From: a virus
Taxonomy: Duplodnaviria > Caudoviricetes
DNA: 64,000 nt
Reading direction: 5' to 3' (one strand)
IMG/VR virus record: IMGVR_UViG_3300027566_000007
Coordinates: 9,341 to 73,340 of that record
Below the pieces are notes generated by a model, which saw only the letters and a program-made list of their open reading frames with translations, ran no database searches and was not told the origin of the DNA. This document shows, one piece after another, positions 18,000-26,559 of this stretch; positions within the stretch are counted from its first letter, which is position 1; each line of letters opens with the position of its first letter. Made by a program: the position numbers and the translations under genes.

Positions 18000-18122
18000 G
18001 CCGTACCTCAAAGATGAGGGCAGTCAATTATACCATAGTAACACCCGACAAAGTAACACCTTGAACCTCAGATAACACCCCCTAAAGTTCAAGACTGCTC
18101 AAGGTTCGAATCTTGATACGGC
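18000..18122 (+). ncRNA. tRNA-like element 3 (acceptor, D-like hairpin, long insert, T-arm)
   Basis: GCCGTA/TACGGC, CTCA-AAGA-TGAG, GGCAGTC/GACTGCT stem, inner TTGAAC/GTTCAA hairpin, TCAAG-GTTCGAAT-CTTGA. Confidence 0.75.
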
Positions 18123-18275
18123 CTTTGTTTCAAGTTCACGCTTGAGACAAAATCAATAATGGATTTGAAGAAACTGTAAGGATGTATCGAATTGTGCCCG
18201 GTGTTGGGATTACACAACTTAAAATGTCTTAATATGTCTTAGTAATAGAGGTCCCTGGGATAGCCGGGGACAAAT

Positions 18276-18324
18276 GCCATAATCTGTTTGGAGATTCTGG
18301 GAGGGTTCGATTCCTTCTTATGGC
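18276..18324 (+). ncRNA. tRNA-like element 4 (anticodon-less, 49 nt)
   Basis: GCCATAA/TTATGGC 7 bp, TCT-GTTTGG-AGA D-like arm, GAGGG-TTCGATT-CCTTC. Confidence 0.8.
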
Positions 18325-18459
18325 TTTCGGGAATTTTCCCCGTAAAAATATATAAATAGCTTCTAGTGGAGGTATCTAAAAAAGCGTAACGTGAGAAAAC
18401 TGATATCAAAAATATAAGCCAAAAACTTGTACGAACCAGCCCGGTAATCCGGGCACAAG

Positions 18460-18541
18460 TCTCCTTATAGGCTTAACGGTAAACCGGCCACTGGTCCGAG
18501 ATGGCTAGAGGTAATACGAGGTTCAATTCCTTGTAGGGAGA
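18460..18541 (+). ncRNA. tRNA-like element 5 (near-complete cloverleaf, aberrant anticodon loop)
   Basis: TCTCCTT/AGGGAGA, D-loop TTAACGGTAAA, GGCCA/TGGCT stem with an 11-nt loop, CGAGG-TTCAATT-CCTTG. Confidence 0.7.
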
Positions 18542-18663
18542 TCCGGGACAACCCGGACAAAATAATACAAACAAAAAAATTTAGGCAACTCCTAAACCCT
18601 TGAATCTCTGAAATTGGTCAAACGAAAGACGCTGATGCTTTATAAGTTTCAGCGTCTCAACGT

Positions 18664-18708
18664 GTCCATGTTTGACAGAAAAACACAGGTTCAAACCCTG
18701 GCATGGAC
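18664..18708 (+). ncRNA. tRNA-like element 6 (anticodon-less, 45 nt)
   Basis: GTCCATG/CATGGAC 7 bp, CAGG-TTCAAAC-CCTG. Confidence 0.75.
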
Positions 18709-18767
18709 CATTATTTACTTTTTATGAAAAAGAGGCGTGTGTTATTGAATTTTAGAAGGTGTAAGAA

Positions 18768-18935
18768 ATGAGCGATTTTGAAGACGGTGCTGAGATGGTG
18801 CGGGATTTGAGTCTCGCAGATGAAACGAGTCTCCGAGAAGAACCTGAGAAAAAAGGGAAAAGTTGTACTTTTTGCGGGCAGCTGTTTAAATCAAGTGACG
18901 ATAATCCGTTTTGTCCAGATTGCCGGGAGATTTGA
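18768..18935 (+). CDS. Small zinc-finger protein (55 aa, not in ORF track)
   Basis: CTFCG...PFCPDC; GAAGGTG RBS. Confidence 0.6.
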   Translation: MSDFEDGAEMVRDLSLADETSLREEPEKKGKSCTFCGQLFKSSDDNPFCPDCREI

Positions 18936-18937
18936 GG

Positions 18938-19378
18938 ATGGCAGGAGAATCTAAAACCCTTACAGATTTTGACCTGGAACAGATGAAAAAGGCGTTTCAG
19001 GAAGCTGGTAAGAACTGCGTTGTCATGCCTTCACAGCCCGAAACCGAGGTTAAAAAGTACGCTGAAGAACATGATAGTATAGCAGTCCTTGAAAGCCGTA
19101 TTCTTGATATAGAAGAATGGATCGACGGCCTAGAATCAAGAAAGCGATCTCTGGAAAATGTCCTTAGATGGGGCATTGAGGAAAAAGCCTCAGACAAGGC
19201 TTCTGGACTCACAAATGAGACTAAACGAAAGATCGCTTATGAGATGGCTGCTGAGGACAATGATGAGCTTCAGACGCTGTATGGCGAGATCCGGATATTC
19301 AGGCGAGAAGTTAGGGAGCTCCAGATTGAGCTTGATAATGAGAGAAGAGGATTTCAGTTGTTAATCATGGAGGTTTAA
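18938..19378 (+). CDS. Coiled-coil protein
   Basis: ATG 18938 with GAGG RBS (ORF track starts at 18911); heptad pattern. Confidence 0.65.
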   Translation: MAGESKTLTDFDLEQMKKAFQEAGKNCVVMPSQPETEVKKYAEEHDSIAVLESRILDIEEWIDGLESRKRSLENVLRWGIEEKASDKASGLTNETKRKIAYEMAAEDNDELQTLYGEIRIFRREVRELQIELDNERRGFQLLIMEV

Positions 19379-19381
19379 GGC

Positions 19382-20611
19382 ATGACTGACAGCCCCGCTA
19401 TTCTTGAACAAAAAATGAAAATACTCATGGGCCTCCGTGGGTATTCGATCATAAAAATTGAGGAAAAACAGGCTCTCTGGAAAATAAACTCCGAAAATGC
19501 AGTCACAGTAGATGTGTCTTTCCCTGCTGAATTGTGGGAAGTGAAACATAAGGGCAAAGTAGTCAACGACTGGAAAAAAGACCCAACTCTCCCCGCAAAT
19601 ACCCGAGATATGATTCAGACGCTCGATGATGAGTTTCAGGCAGCCTGGAACGAAGCTGTAGACAATGGATGGATAATCGAAACTGAGCAGCCCGTTAAAG
19701 TTCCTGAGAAAATAGAGCCTGAAACGGTTCAGTCTGAAACCCCTAAAATTGACCCTGAAATAGAAGAAAAGAACAGGCTTGAAAGAGAAGAAAACGAAAG
19801 ACGGCTCGCGATGGCTGAAGAAGCAAAGAGAATGGAAGATTCTCAAAACGCACATCTGAAACAAGTGCCTCAAAAACAAACAGCTGAAAAATCAGAAGAG
19901 TTTACAGACCGCCCTACTGAATATGTAGAGGCTCCAGCTCCTAAAACAGGAGAAGTCAACCTTTTTGAAGTCTTGAACAAGATATGTAAAAATGACCTTA
20001 TGCAGATTTTTGGACCCACTGGCACGGGAAAGACAAGCCTTTGTACTAAACTGGCCCTTGATTCGAAATTAAAAGGAAAATCGGTTCTATACATCGACAC
20101 TGAGCACAATATGAATGATGACCAGATAGCAGCGATGCAGAAAGCTGGGATAAAATACGAGTTTATAAAGAAGTTCCCAAAACTCTGTGACTATGTAAAA
20201 AGACTGCCTTCACTCTCTAAGTATAATGTTGTGGTCATTGATAGTATAGGAGCTCCTGCGCTAGCTGCTTTTTGCAGATCAGATATGAGAGGAAAAGGCG
20301 ATGTATTACAAAAATTAATTTGGATGTCGGACGACCTTAAAGAATATGCCACTGACAATAACTCCCTGGTAGTAGCCACCAATCAGCCTGAATCATCTAT
20401 GAACAAGGGAGAGAATGACATCCTGGAACCTTTTGGAGAAAAATCCAGATATTATTATAAAGAGATCCTTAAAACCAACTATGCTGCGCATGGTCGAAAG
20501 ACGGGAAAAACTACACTGGTTTTGAGAGCTCATCGATCCAGATTTATGGGGATCGATACAAATGTTTGTACTATGGAAGTAACTGACAAAGGTGTAAAGG
20601 TGATCCAATGA
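19382..20611 (+). CDS. RecA/RadB-like ATPase with long N-terminal extension
   Basis: Walker A GPTGTGKT, YIDTE, Walker B VVVIDSI, VVATNQ. Confidence 0.85.
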   Translation: MTDSPAILEQKMKILMGLRGYSIIKIEEKQALWKINSENAVTVDVSFPAELWEVKHKGKVVNDWKKDPTLPANTRDMIQTLDDEFQAAWNEAVDNGWIIETEQPVKVPEKIEPETVQSETPKIDPEIEEKNRLEREENERRLAMAEEAKRMEDSQNAHLKQVPQKQTAEKSEEFTDRPTEYVEAPAPKTGEVNLFEVLNKICKNDLMQIFGPTGTGKTSLCTKLALDSKLKGKSVLYIDTEHNMNDDQIAAMQKAGIKYEFIKKFPKLCDYVKRLPSLSKYNVVVIDSIGAPALAAFCRSDMRGKGDVLQKLIWMSDDLKEYATDNNSLVVATNQPESSMNKGENDILEPFGEKSRYYYKEILKTNYAAHGRKTGKTTLVLRAHRSRFMGIDTNVCTMEVTDKGVKVIQ

Positions 20612-20811
20612 CCTCATCCACTACAAATAATTATAAACTGATAGGGTTTTTCCCGGCACTGACCCTCATCTTTGTAATTGCCAAGATTTTTGGATATCTC
20701 ACGTGGTCTTGGTTGTGGGTTTTATCACCTATGATTTTTGAAATAGCTTTATCAATTTTACTTATAGCCATAATATTAATTATCGCTTTAGTAGGAGTGG
20801 TTCTGAAATGA
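20608..20811 (+). CDS. Small two-TM phage membrane protein
   Basis: LTLIFVIAKIFGYLTWSWLWVLSP pattern. Confidence 0.7.
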   Translation: MTSSTTNNYKLIGFFPALTLIFVIAKIFGYLTWSWLWVLSPMIFEIALSILLIAIILIIALVGVVLK

Positions 20812-21201
20812 TTAACACAGTCTCTATTTGTGAAACGTGCTCAAAAAATCCATGTAAATGGATGTCCGGAACAGTTGAAGAATGCCCAGGCTACCGCGAA
20901 AAGGAGGAAGTGCAGGATGAATGAAGACGAGTATGGGAAAGCAATTACCGAGTTAGCCAAAATAAATTATCAACGCACGACCACCACGCTTGAAAAACAC
21001 GAATATGTAAATATCGAGGTAAAGGGCTGTACTTTGGGGGAATGTAAGAAATGTTTTGATAATATCAAAAAAGAGGTGGATGAATGTCCCTCCAACTAAC
21101 CCCCGAACAGGCCAAGAGATGGGAAGATATCAAAACCGGGAAATGGCACGATTATCCATTTGGAACGTCGCGTTCCAATACAAAAAAGGCGGTGAATAGA
21201 A

Positions 21202-21945
21202 GTGAGTGAGATTCCAGCGAAACCAAGCACCACCCAGGAAGGCCAGAACAACACTCAATCAGGAATAATGACCCTTCCTGATATCAACTTTTCTATAAAC
21301 TGTCAGGTCAACGTCAATATTGATCCTGAAACGAAAACCCTGTTGATGACAGCTCTAAGGCTGCTGGAAGGTCAGAACCAAGTACTTGATAGATCGTATT
21401 CAGGGCAGAATATTAACTCAACGATCCAGCCTGAAGCCTTTGTGAACCTTATAGATGATGAGCCTCTGGAATTAAGTGTAAACATCCCTGAAGAGCTTAC
21501 AGTGCCCCGGAACGAAAAGCCATTTGGTACTATAATACCTGCAAACCATAAGAAATGGAATTATGTACCAAAATATAAAGATTTTAGCTGGACCCCAAAC
21601 GGCAACGATATAATTCTTAGATATGCCCACATAACCCACGATATAGACAGGAAAACAGTGAATTATCTCCTCAAGTTCACGGGTTCAAAAAGAACCAAGG
21701 AAATTGAGAAAGTAGTGGGCTCCAAAACAAGTAAAAAGATATCGGCGATAAATATCTTTTGCAGGTCAATTGATGAGGGCATCATAAAATTCCCGGATGA
21801 TCCCGAAAAAAACTTAGTGGAAACCTTTTCTCAATATCAAGCCGAAGAAGACCCGGACGCGGTATTTAGGCCAATGGTGACCCCATACTTTAGTACAGCC
21901 CCTGACTCAGAGCATGGGAAAGTCGAAGGCACTTTGGAGGGCTGA
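21202..21945 (+). CDS. Hypothetical protein
   Basis: ORF track; GGTG RBS; GTG start. Confidence 0.6.
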   Translation: MSEIPAKPSTTQEGQNNTQSGIMTLPDINFSINCQVNVNIDPETKTLLMTALRLLEGQNQVLDRSYSGQNINSTIQPEAFVNLIDDEPLELSVNIPEELTVPRNEKPFGTIIPANHKKWNYVPKYKDFSWTPNGNDIILRYAHITHDIDRKTVNYLLKFTGSKRTKEIEKVVGSKTSKKISAINIFCRSIDEGIIKFPDDPEKNLVETFSQYQAEEDPDAVFRPMVTPYFSTAPDSEHGKVEGTLEG

Positions 21946-22114
21946 ACATGATGTGTACTTGTTCGAGATGTGGAGCCACTCTTAAAGACAACACGCCGGC
22001 AAATTGTATAATTATTGACGGTGGAAAAATAATCTGCTGGGACTGTGCTTTGAGTGCCTGCGAAAAAATCATAGAAAATAAAGGCAAGATAAAAGCTTCT
22101 AAGAGGTCTGCTAC

Positions 22115-22495
22115 ATGAATGCAGACCTTATAGACCGGAATACCACAGCCCATAGAAACGGCAAATTCTGCGAAGAGTATGCAAGAGAAGTAATACCTGG
22201 GCTTGAGTGGGTAAATGGAATCTATGATGCTCTTCTCAATGGCGTCCCGCTTGATGTGAAAAGTTGCCAGGCTTGGTATGAAAGGCCAAATCGTCCGACT
22301 TCGCCCAGGAAGGCCGGTATGGTAACTTTGTATCCTGAGCAGGACACAGAATTAAAAGCTAAGCATGGTATGTATTTTTGCATAGTACATTTTGGGGAGC
22401 TCGTAGTTAAATCTTTTTTTGTGCCTGCTGAGAAGGTCCCTGAGAGAAAGCAGATTTCATGGACCACTTTACAAAAGCTCGCGGTGGCGGTTTGA
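22115..22495 (+). CDS. Putative PD-(D/E)XK nuclease
   Basis: YDA..NGVPLDVKSC motif. Confidence 0.55.
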   Translation: MNADLIDRNTTAHRNGKFCEEYAREVIPGLEWVNGIYDALLNGVPLDVKSCQAWYERPNRPTSPRKAGMVTLYPEQDTELKAKHGMYFCIVHFGELVVKSFFVPAEKVPERKQISWTTLQKLAVAV

Positions 22496-22899
22496 TGACA
22501 GATGAACTTGAATGTATAGAGCTTGCCGCTCATCTTCTTAATATGGAAAACAAGTACGAAGATTGGGAAGAGGTATGGGACGCACTTTATGACCTTCACG
22601 GAATTGATGAAGATGGGTTCTGCTGGCTTGTTAACAGGCTTCTTCCACTTATAAAAATAGGAGGAATGCTACCAAATGAACCCATGTACAAAGGGTTTGC
22701 AAAGCATTTGGGTGGGGACCTTGGATTATATCTGGCAAAAACCGATTTTGGTATGACCAGAAGTGAATATATTGAGCGCATTGCTTACGGTTGGGCTTAT
22801 GAAAAGATAAAGGATTGTGAAACTGGTTTTGAAGTTACCATTACAAAAGATGGAAAAGAGCCGATATTACTCACCGTCTGTAAATCGGAGGTGAGATGA
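22459..22899 (+). CDS. Hypothetical protein, paralog of 9864..10223 (start probably 22495)
   Basis: Shared motifs; GGTGG RBS before MTDELE. Confidence 0.65.
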   Translation: MDHFTKARGGGLMTDELECIELAAHLLNMENKYEDWEEVWDALYDLHGIDEDGFCWLVNRLLPLIKIGGMLPNEPMYKGFAKHLGGDLGLYLAKTDFGMTRSEYIERIAYGWAYEKIKDCETGFEVTITKDGKEPILLTVCKSEVR

Positions 22900-23027
22900 T
22901 GACTGACGAATGCCAATATAAAAAAACATGCCCGAATGCTCAGGATGTTTTTGCCTGCAATGATTCTTTAGAGTGCGAATATTGCGGGATTTTTAAGCAA
23001 AACGAGAGGTTAAAGGGGGCTCTTTAA

Positions 23028-23237
23028 TTGCCCTCTGTAGTATTAAACACCTGTTTAGAGTGCAAAAAAACATTTGAAGCAGGCGGCCAGGCTAAATTCT
23101 GTTCATCATACTGTCGATGGAGCCACAATCAGAAAAATAGCTCCAGGACAAGAGAAATCCAGGCTGAGAAAAAAAGGATTGAAGAGACACAGCGGAGCTT
23201 TAGAATTCTTTCTTTTTTTGAGGATGTGATATTATGA
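23028..23237 (+). CDS. Zinc-finger protein
   Basis: CLEC...KFCSSYCR. Confidence 0.6.
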   Translation: MPSVVLNTCLECKKTFEAGGQAKFCSSYCRWSHNQKNSSRTREIQAEKKRIEETQRSFRILSFFEDVIL

Positions 23238-23274
23238 TACCTGCCTGTATAATTATTTTTGCGGAGTAGCAACT

Positions 23275-23547
23275 ATGCGTATTAGTCAATTCGTAGAAGA
23301 GATATCTTTAAAAGGGATCTGGCCGAAAAATCCCGCTCTTTATATAAGATTTTTAAAAGCTATTCCAGGCGAGCGTCGAAATATAAGCATTTTATCCGTG
23401 GAGAGTGGGACATCCTCACAATATGGATGCAAAATAGTTAGAAATTTAGAAAAAGCAGGATATGTTAAGCGGGTTTTTGGTGGGCAGGCACGCTATGTTA
23501 TTTTGACTGAAGAAGGGGAAAACGTTGTAAGGGGGTTTAGAGAGTGA
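23275..23547 (+). CDS. MarR-like winged-helix protein
   Basis: KIVRNLEKAGYVKR...YVILTEEG. Confidence 0.7.
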   Translation: MRISQFVEEISLKGIWPKNPALYIRFLKAIPGERRNISILSVESGTSSQYGCKIVRNLEKAGYVKRVFGGQARYVILTEEGENVVRGFRE

Positions 23548-23548
23548 G

Positions 23549-23764
23549 TTATTCTTTTTTTACCGGTCTAAATAGATATACGTTCCCATATTGTATTTTT
23601 TCAAAAACCCCTGTATCTACGAGTGAAACGAGTTCCCTGGTAGCATGTCGAGTACTAAAACCCATTTGTTCAGCAAAGCAGACAGCCGGAAGAAACGGGT
23701 ATCTTTTACAAGTGTTGTACGCTTTTACTGCGCCTTTTTCTGTGAATCGCTTTTCCTGTGGCAT
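23549..23764 (-). CDS. Winged-helix protein
   Basis: ATRELVSLVDTGVFEK. Confidence 0.55.
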   Translation of the reverse strand: MPQEKRFTEKGAVKAYNTCKRYPFLPAVCFAEQMGFSTRHATRELVSLVDTGVFEKIQYGNVYLFRPVKKE

Positions 23765-23983
23765 ATATCAATCTATTAAAATGACACGCCCATTGTATAT
23801 AAACTTTATGAAACGTGTTTGTAGATTCTTGAAGCGTGTTTCTAGAAGCATAAAATATATATGCAATGTAGTACTTCTAACTTATAGAGGTGATAACAAA
23901 TGTGTCTAAAAAATAGTTATCAATTTTCCCTAATAAGAATAAGTGAGGGATTCTAACTGAATACTGTATTAGAAGGACTTACT

Positions 23984-24577
23984 GTGACCGAGAGAATTGA
24001 AGAGTTTCGAAGGCTGTTACAATATCCCGAGGTCCAGGAAGACCTTAAAGAACTCGTTAGAAATACCCTCGTAGAAAGTAACGTGTTTACACGACTTAAT
24101 CTTATCGAATCAAATCTAGGAGCTGATGAGTTTCACTGCATCGGGCGGGATCTCAACTACGAAGCTGGTATTTCTGAATATGAAGATGAGAGGGAACCTA
24201 GAAAACCTCTCCCTGAGCAGATTGCCGCGATTTATGCTGCAATAGATAGCAAGGAAACTGTTGTAGAAACTACCATCTTAGGCGGGAACAAGACTGAAAC
24301 CAGAGCTCGGTTACTATTTGAGAAGTTGAAGGTTGTACCTTATACAAATGGTAAACGCTTCATGAAAGGCCCTGACGTTGCTAAATGGCTATTGGGAACT
24401 GAAATTAACACGGAGCTTAGGACTACAAAATCCGGAGCCAGACAAGCAGCAAAGGACGTTATGGAAAAATGCGCAGAGTTGTTTGCAGGGGAAGTTAAAT
24501 TTAATCCCGGCATTGTTGGCAAAAAACTGAAGCGGGCGTACAATATCATAGAGTATATTGAATGTAAGGAGATGTAA
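23984..24577 (+). CDS. Putative DNA-binding/replication-associated protein, paralog of 62192..62785
   Basis: Shared RA..L.EKL, M...V, A...M.KC...F..EV and IEYI motifs; followed by a repeat array. Confidence 0.6.
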   Translation: MTERIEEFRRLLQYPEVQEDLKELVRNTLVESNVFTRLNLIESNLGADEFHCIGRDLNYEAGISEYEDEREPRKPLPEQIAAIYAAIDSKETVVETTILGGNKTETRARLLFEKLKVVPYTNGKRFMKGPDVAKWLLGTEINTELRTTKSGARQAAKDVMEKCAELFAGEVKFNPGIVGKKLKRAYNIIEYIECKEM

Positions 24578-24866
24578 GCGCTAGCTTACAAAAGATGTAA
24601 GCGCTTGTAAGCACTTACTGACATCTTAACACTTAATTATGATAAGAAACATAGGATCTGAGTGAAAATGTGATAAAAAATATGGAGTTATTGGGGAAAA
24701 GGTAATAAACTTTTCTAAATTTCGAAAAAACCTCTATAAGTATTATAGAGAGAATAACACGAATAGAGGATAATGTCTTACAATTTCATGTTTTAAGATT
24801 GGTAAGAAGACGTATCTTGTAAGTTAATTTTCTGGAACTTGTAAGTAAGCGCTGACAGAGCTTACA
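24563..24866. repeat. Iteron-like TGTAAG/CTTACA repeat cluster (origin or operator candidate)
   Basis: TGTAAG at 24563, 24573, 24596, 24606, 24818, 24840; CTTACA at 24585, 24777, 24861; GTAAGCGCT three times; AT-rich core. Confidence 0.7.
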
Positions 24867-24992
24867 AGAATTAACATACTAAAAATTTTGGTGATAATAT
24901 GGCATCTTTTGTTTTTAAATGTATATGTGATGGAAAACACAAAAAAGATGACATCTGCCATTATTGGAGTAAACATTCATTAAAATGTATAT

Positions 24993-25997
24993 GTGAAGGT
25001 TATCACGATGATGCAAGATGTAAATTTTGGGCACAAATATACACTTTTAAAAGGTGATTTAATGGAACTTAAATCTATAGAAACGGTGTATAATAATTAC
25101 CGTTTTCGCTCAAGACTCGAAGCTAGGTGGGCTGTATATTTTGATACCATGGGAATAATGTATGAGTATGAGAAAGAAGGTTATGATCTTGGATTTGTAG
25201 GTAAATATCTCCCTGATTTTTGGTTACCTCAAGTTAATATGTGGGCAGAAGTAAAACCGCAAGAGTTCACAACCGAAGAAAAAAACAAAGCTATTAAACT
25301 TGCTATAGTAACCGGATACCCTGTTATAAAACTAATCGGGTTACCTGATTATGTAACTTATAAAGCTTACCTACCCTCTTTGCATGAAACTGATTTTCTA
25401 TTGTCAAATTACCATGGATACCTCGTTAGCGAGCATAGATTCTATTCAGGCACTGAGTTTTTCGGAAAACCTAAAAATGTAATGCAAAATGGAGTTTATG
25501 AGCTTGACGGAGAATCTATTAAAAAAGGAATCATTGCTTCAAAATCTGTAAGGTTTGAGTTTGATGAAAAACAGGAATGTAAAACTTTTGTAAAAGTAGA
25601 TCCTGAATTAGAAAGAACAATTAAAGAGCTTAAAAGGAAACAACTTGAAAAATATCATTTAAGGCAAGCCGAACTAAAAAGGAAACAGGACGAAGAATCT
25701 AATAAAACATTCTGTGGTTCAAAAAACATTGGAACAGAAAATAAGTATGATTCTGAAGGAAAATTAAGCAACAGGTTTATTATTCGTTCTGTAATGGAAA
25801 AAGAATTCCAAATATGTTTAGAATCAATTCGATTTATAAGAAACTCTTCAAACCCTGAAAAAACACTTGAATATATTTTGAGTATTGTAACAGATGATAC
25901 GGTTATCATAGATACACGTACCATGGATTTGTCTGGATTTAACGAATTCGTGTCTCAGTCTATCTCGCAGAACAAGAGCACCCATGGAGGTAATTAA
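24993..25997 (+). CDS. PD-(D/E)XK nuclease-domain protein
   Basis: FRSRLEARWAVYFD...YEYE...YLPDFWLP....WAEVKP. Confidence 0.75.
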   Translation: MKVITMMQDVNFGHKYTLLKGDLMELKSIETVYNNYRFRSRLEARWAVYFDTMGIMYEYEKEGYDLGFVGKYLPDFWLPQVNMWAEVKPQEFTTEEKNKAIKLAIVTGYPVIKLIGLPDYVTYKAYLPSLHETDFLLSNYHGYLVSEHRFYSGTEFFGKPKNVMQNGVYELDGESIKKGIIASKSVRFEFDEKQECKTFVKVDPELERTIKELKRKQLEKYHLRQAELKRKQDEESNKTFCGSKNIGTENKYDSEGKLSNRFIIRSVMEKEFQICLESIRFIRNSSNPEKTLEYILSIVTDDTVIIDTRTMDLSGFNEFVSQSISQNKSTHGGN

Positions 25998-26298
25998 ATG
26001 CCTCCCTCTGACCCACATAAAAGCATTTTCCGAACACTCTTTGATCTAGATCCAATCACAGACGACATCAACAGAATAATGGTTGAAGCTCAGCCATGCC
26101 AAACCGATCCACTTGATAATCCTGAGTGGAAGAGGTGGTCAAGATGAGACCTAAATCAAATACTTCATGCCTAAACTTTCAAATGGAGTATCCAAGCCTA
26201 GAAGCTTATCACTTTCCAGCAGGCACTAAACACAATTCTCCATGTATGGATTCATTTTGGAGAAGTCAACCGATTAGACAAGGAAAAAAGAAGGAGTA

Positions 26299-26559
26299 AT
26301 GGGTATGCTACAAAAAGACCACATAACCTACAATATCTCACAATCTGAAAAATATCCAAGTCGCATTCTAAATATTAACAAATGGATAGCCGAAACGAAG
26401 GAAATCATAAACTATCAAAAGAAGTTAGTAACCATCAAAAAAGAAACTGAAAAAGCATATTTGATATCTTTTGATATTCCTGCTGAAAATGAATTCTGGA
26501 TACCAAAAAGCCAGGCTGAAATTCAAAAAACAGTCAATGGTGATGTTTTCAGATTTTAA
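26299..26559 (+). CDS. Hypothetical protein
   Basis: ETEKAYLI...WIPKSQ small OB/SH3-like motif. Confidence 0.55.
   Translation: MGMLQKDHITYNISQSEKYPSRILNINKWIAETKEIINYQKKLVTIKKETEKAYLISFDIPAENEFWIPKSQAEIQKTVNGDVFRF

Noticed and set aside
17731-18122. True tmRNA
   Set aside because: No G3-U70 alanine identity pair, no encoded CCA, far too short, and no convincing tag ORF; only the topology is similar.
18276-18708. Canonical functional tRNA genes
   Set aside because: Elements 4 and 6 lack an anticodon arm and element 5 has an 11-nt loop; they are reported as tRNA-like ncRNAs instead.
17460-18710. CRISPR array or mini-CRISPR
   Set aside because: No identical direct repeats with regular spacers; the shared feature is tRNA-like structure rather than repeat sequence.
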